IMG/VR virus record: IMGVR_UViG_2537561685_000009 | Length of the DNA stretch: 7,368 nucleotides | Direction: 5' to 3' (one strand) | Origin: a virus | Lineage: Duplodnaviria > Heunggongvirae > Uroviricota > Caudoviricetes | Part shown: piece after piece, positions 6,987 through 7,368 of the stretch | Numbering within the stretch: position 1 is the stretch's first letter | Layout of the letters: every line of letters starts with the position of its first letter | Program-made: the position numbers and the translations under genes | Notes under the pieces: model-generated | Seen by the model: the letters and a program-made list of their open reading frames with translations, nothing else | The model's database searches: none | What the model was told of the DNA's origin: nothing

Positions 6987-7368
6987 AAACGGGGGCCGAA
7001 GCCATCCGGGCGCTGGCCATGCAGATCCCGGCGTTTCGTCAGAAGCTGAGCGACGGCTGGTATCAGGTACGCATTGCCGGGCGTGATGCAGGTAAAACCG
7101 AATTGTCTGCCCGTCTTAATGAGCCGCTGGAAAATGGTGCCGTGATCCATATCGTGCCGCGTCTGGCAGGAGCCAAAAGTGGCGGTGTGTTTCAGGCTGT
7201 GCTGGGGGCGGCTGTTATGGCGGTTGCTATATGGATGCCGGGGGTAGGAATTATGGCGAGTAATCTGCTGTTTTCTCTCGGTGCCAGTATGGTGCTCGGT
7301 GGTGTGGCGCAGATGCTGGCACCGAAAGCCAGAACTCCCCGTACACAGACAACGGATAACGGCAAACA
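6884..7368 (+). CDS. I: Tail tip assembly protein I (5' portion; runs off the window end)
   Basis: Open frame from ATG 6884 (MAATHTLPLASPGMARICLYGDLQRFGRRIDLRVKTGAEAIRALA...GVFQAVLGAA...LFSLGASMVLGGVAQMLAPKARTPRTQTTDNGK) with no stop to the window edge, lambda gpI-like. It overlaps the 3' end of K in a different frame. An alternative start is ATG 6923. The central segment differs from lambda gpI as I recall it. Confidence 0.75.
   Translation, partial: MAATHTLPLASPGMARICLYGDLQRFGRRIDLRVKTGAEAIRALAMQIPAFRQKLSDGWYQVRIAGRDAGKTELSARLNEPLENGAVIHIVPRLAGAKSGGVFQAVLGAAVMAVAIWMPGVGIMASNLLFSLGASMVLGGVAQMLAPKARTPRTQTTDNGK

Noticed and set aside
1-7368. Novel defence or other undescribed system, CRISPR array, tRNA, or integrase/attachment site
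   Set aside because: No direct repeats with spacers, no tRNA-like structures noticed, no recombinase-like ORF. The entire window is accounted for by conserved tail genes.

Overview
This window is a contiguous, same-strand lambda-like (lambdoid siphovirus) tail morphogenesis cassette, almost certainly part of an enterobacterial prophage. The gene order on the + strand is FII (3' end), Z, U, V, G, G-T (programmed -1 frameshift), H (tape measure), M, L, K, I (5' part), tightly packed with overlapping or coupled stop/start codons. Protein products were recognised from the supplied translations by recall of the phage lambda tail proteins; no search was run. I see no tRNA, rRNA, CRISPR array, insertion sequence, or accessory (moron/defence) cargo, so I do not find an undescribed system here. 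The feature most worth a second look is that four structural genes (V, H, L, K) are not intact as written: each can only be read by hopping frames across short stretches that look like single-nucleotide deletions, while Z, U, G, T and M are intact. That pattern means either a decaying, tail-defective prophage or localised sequencing/assembly errors; I cannot tell which from sequence alone. Minus-strand ORFs in the track all lie antisense inside these genes and are treated as spurious.
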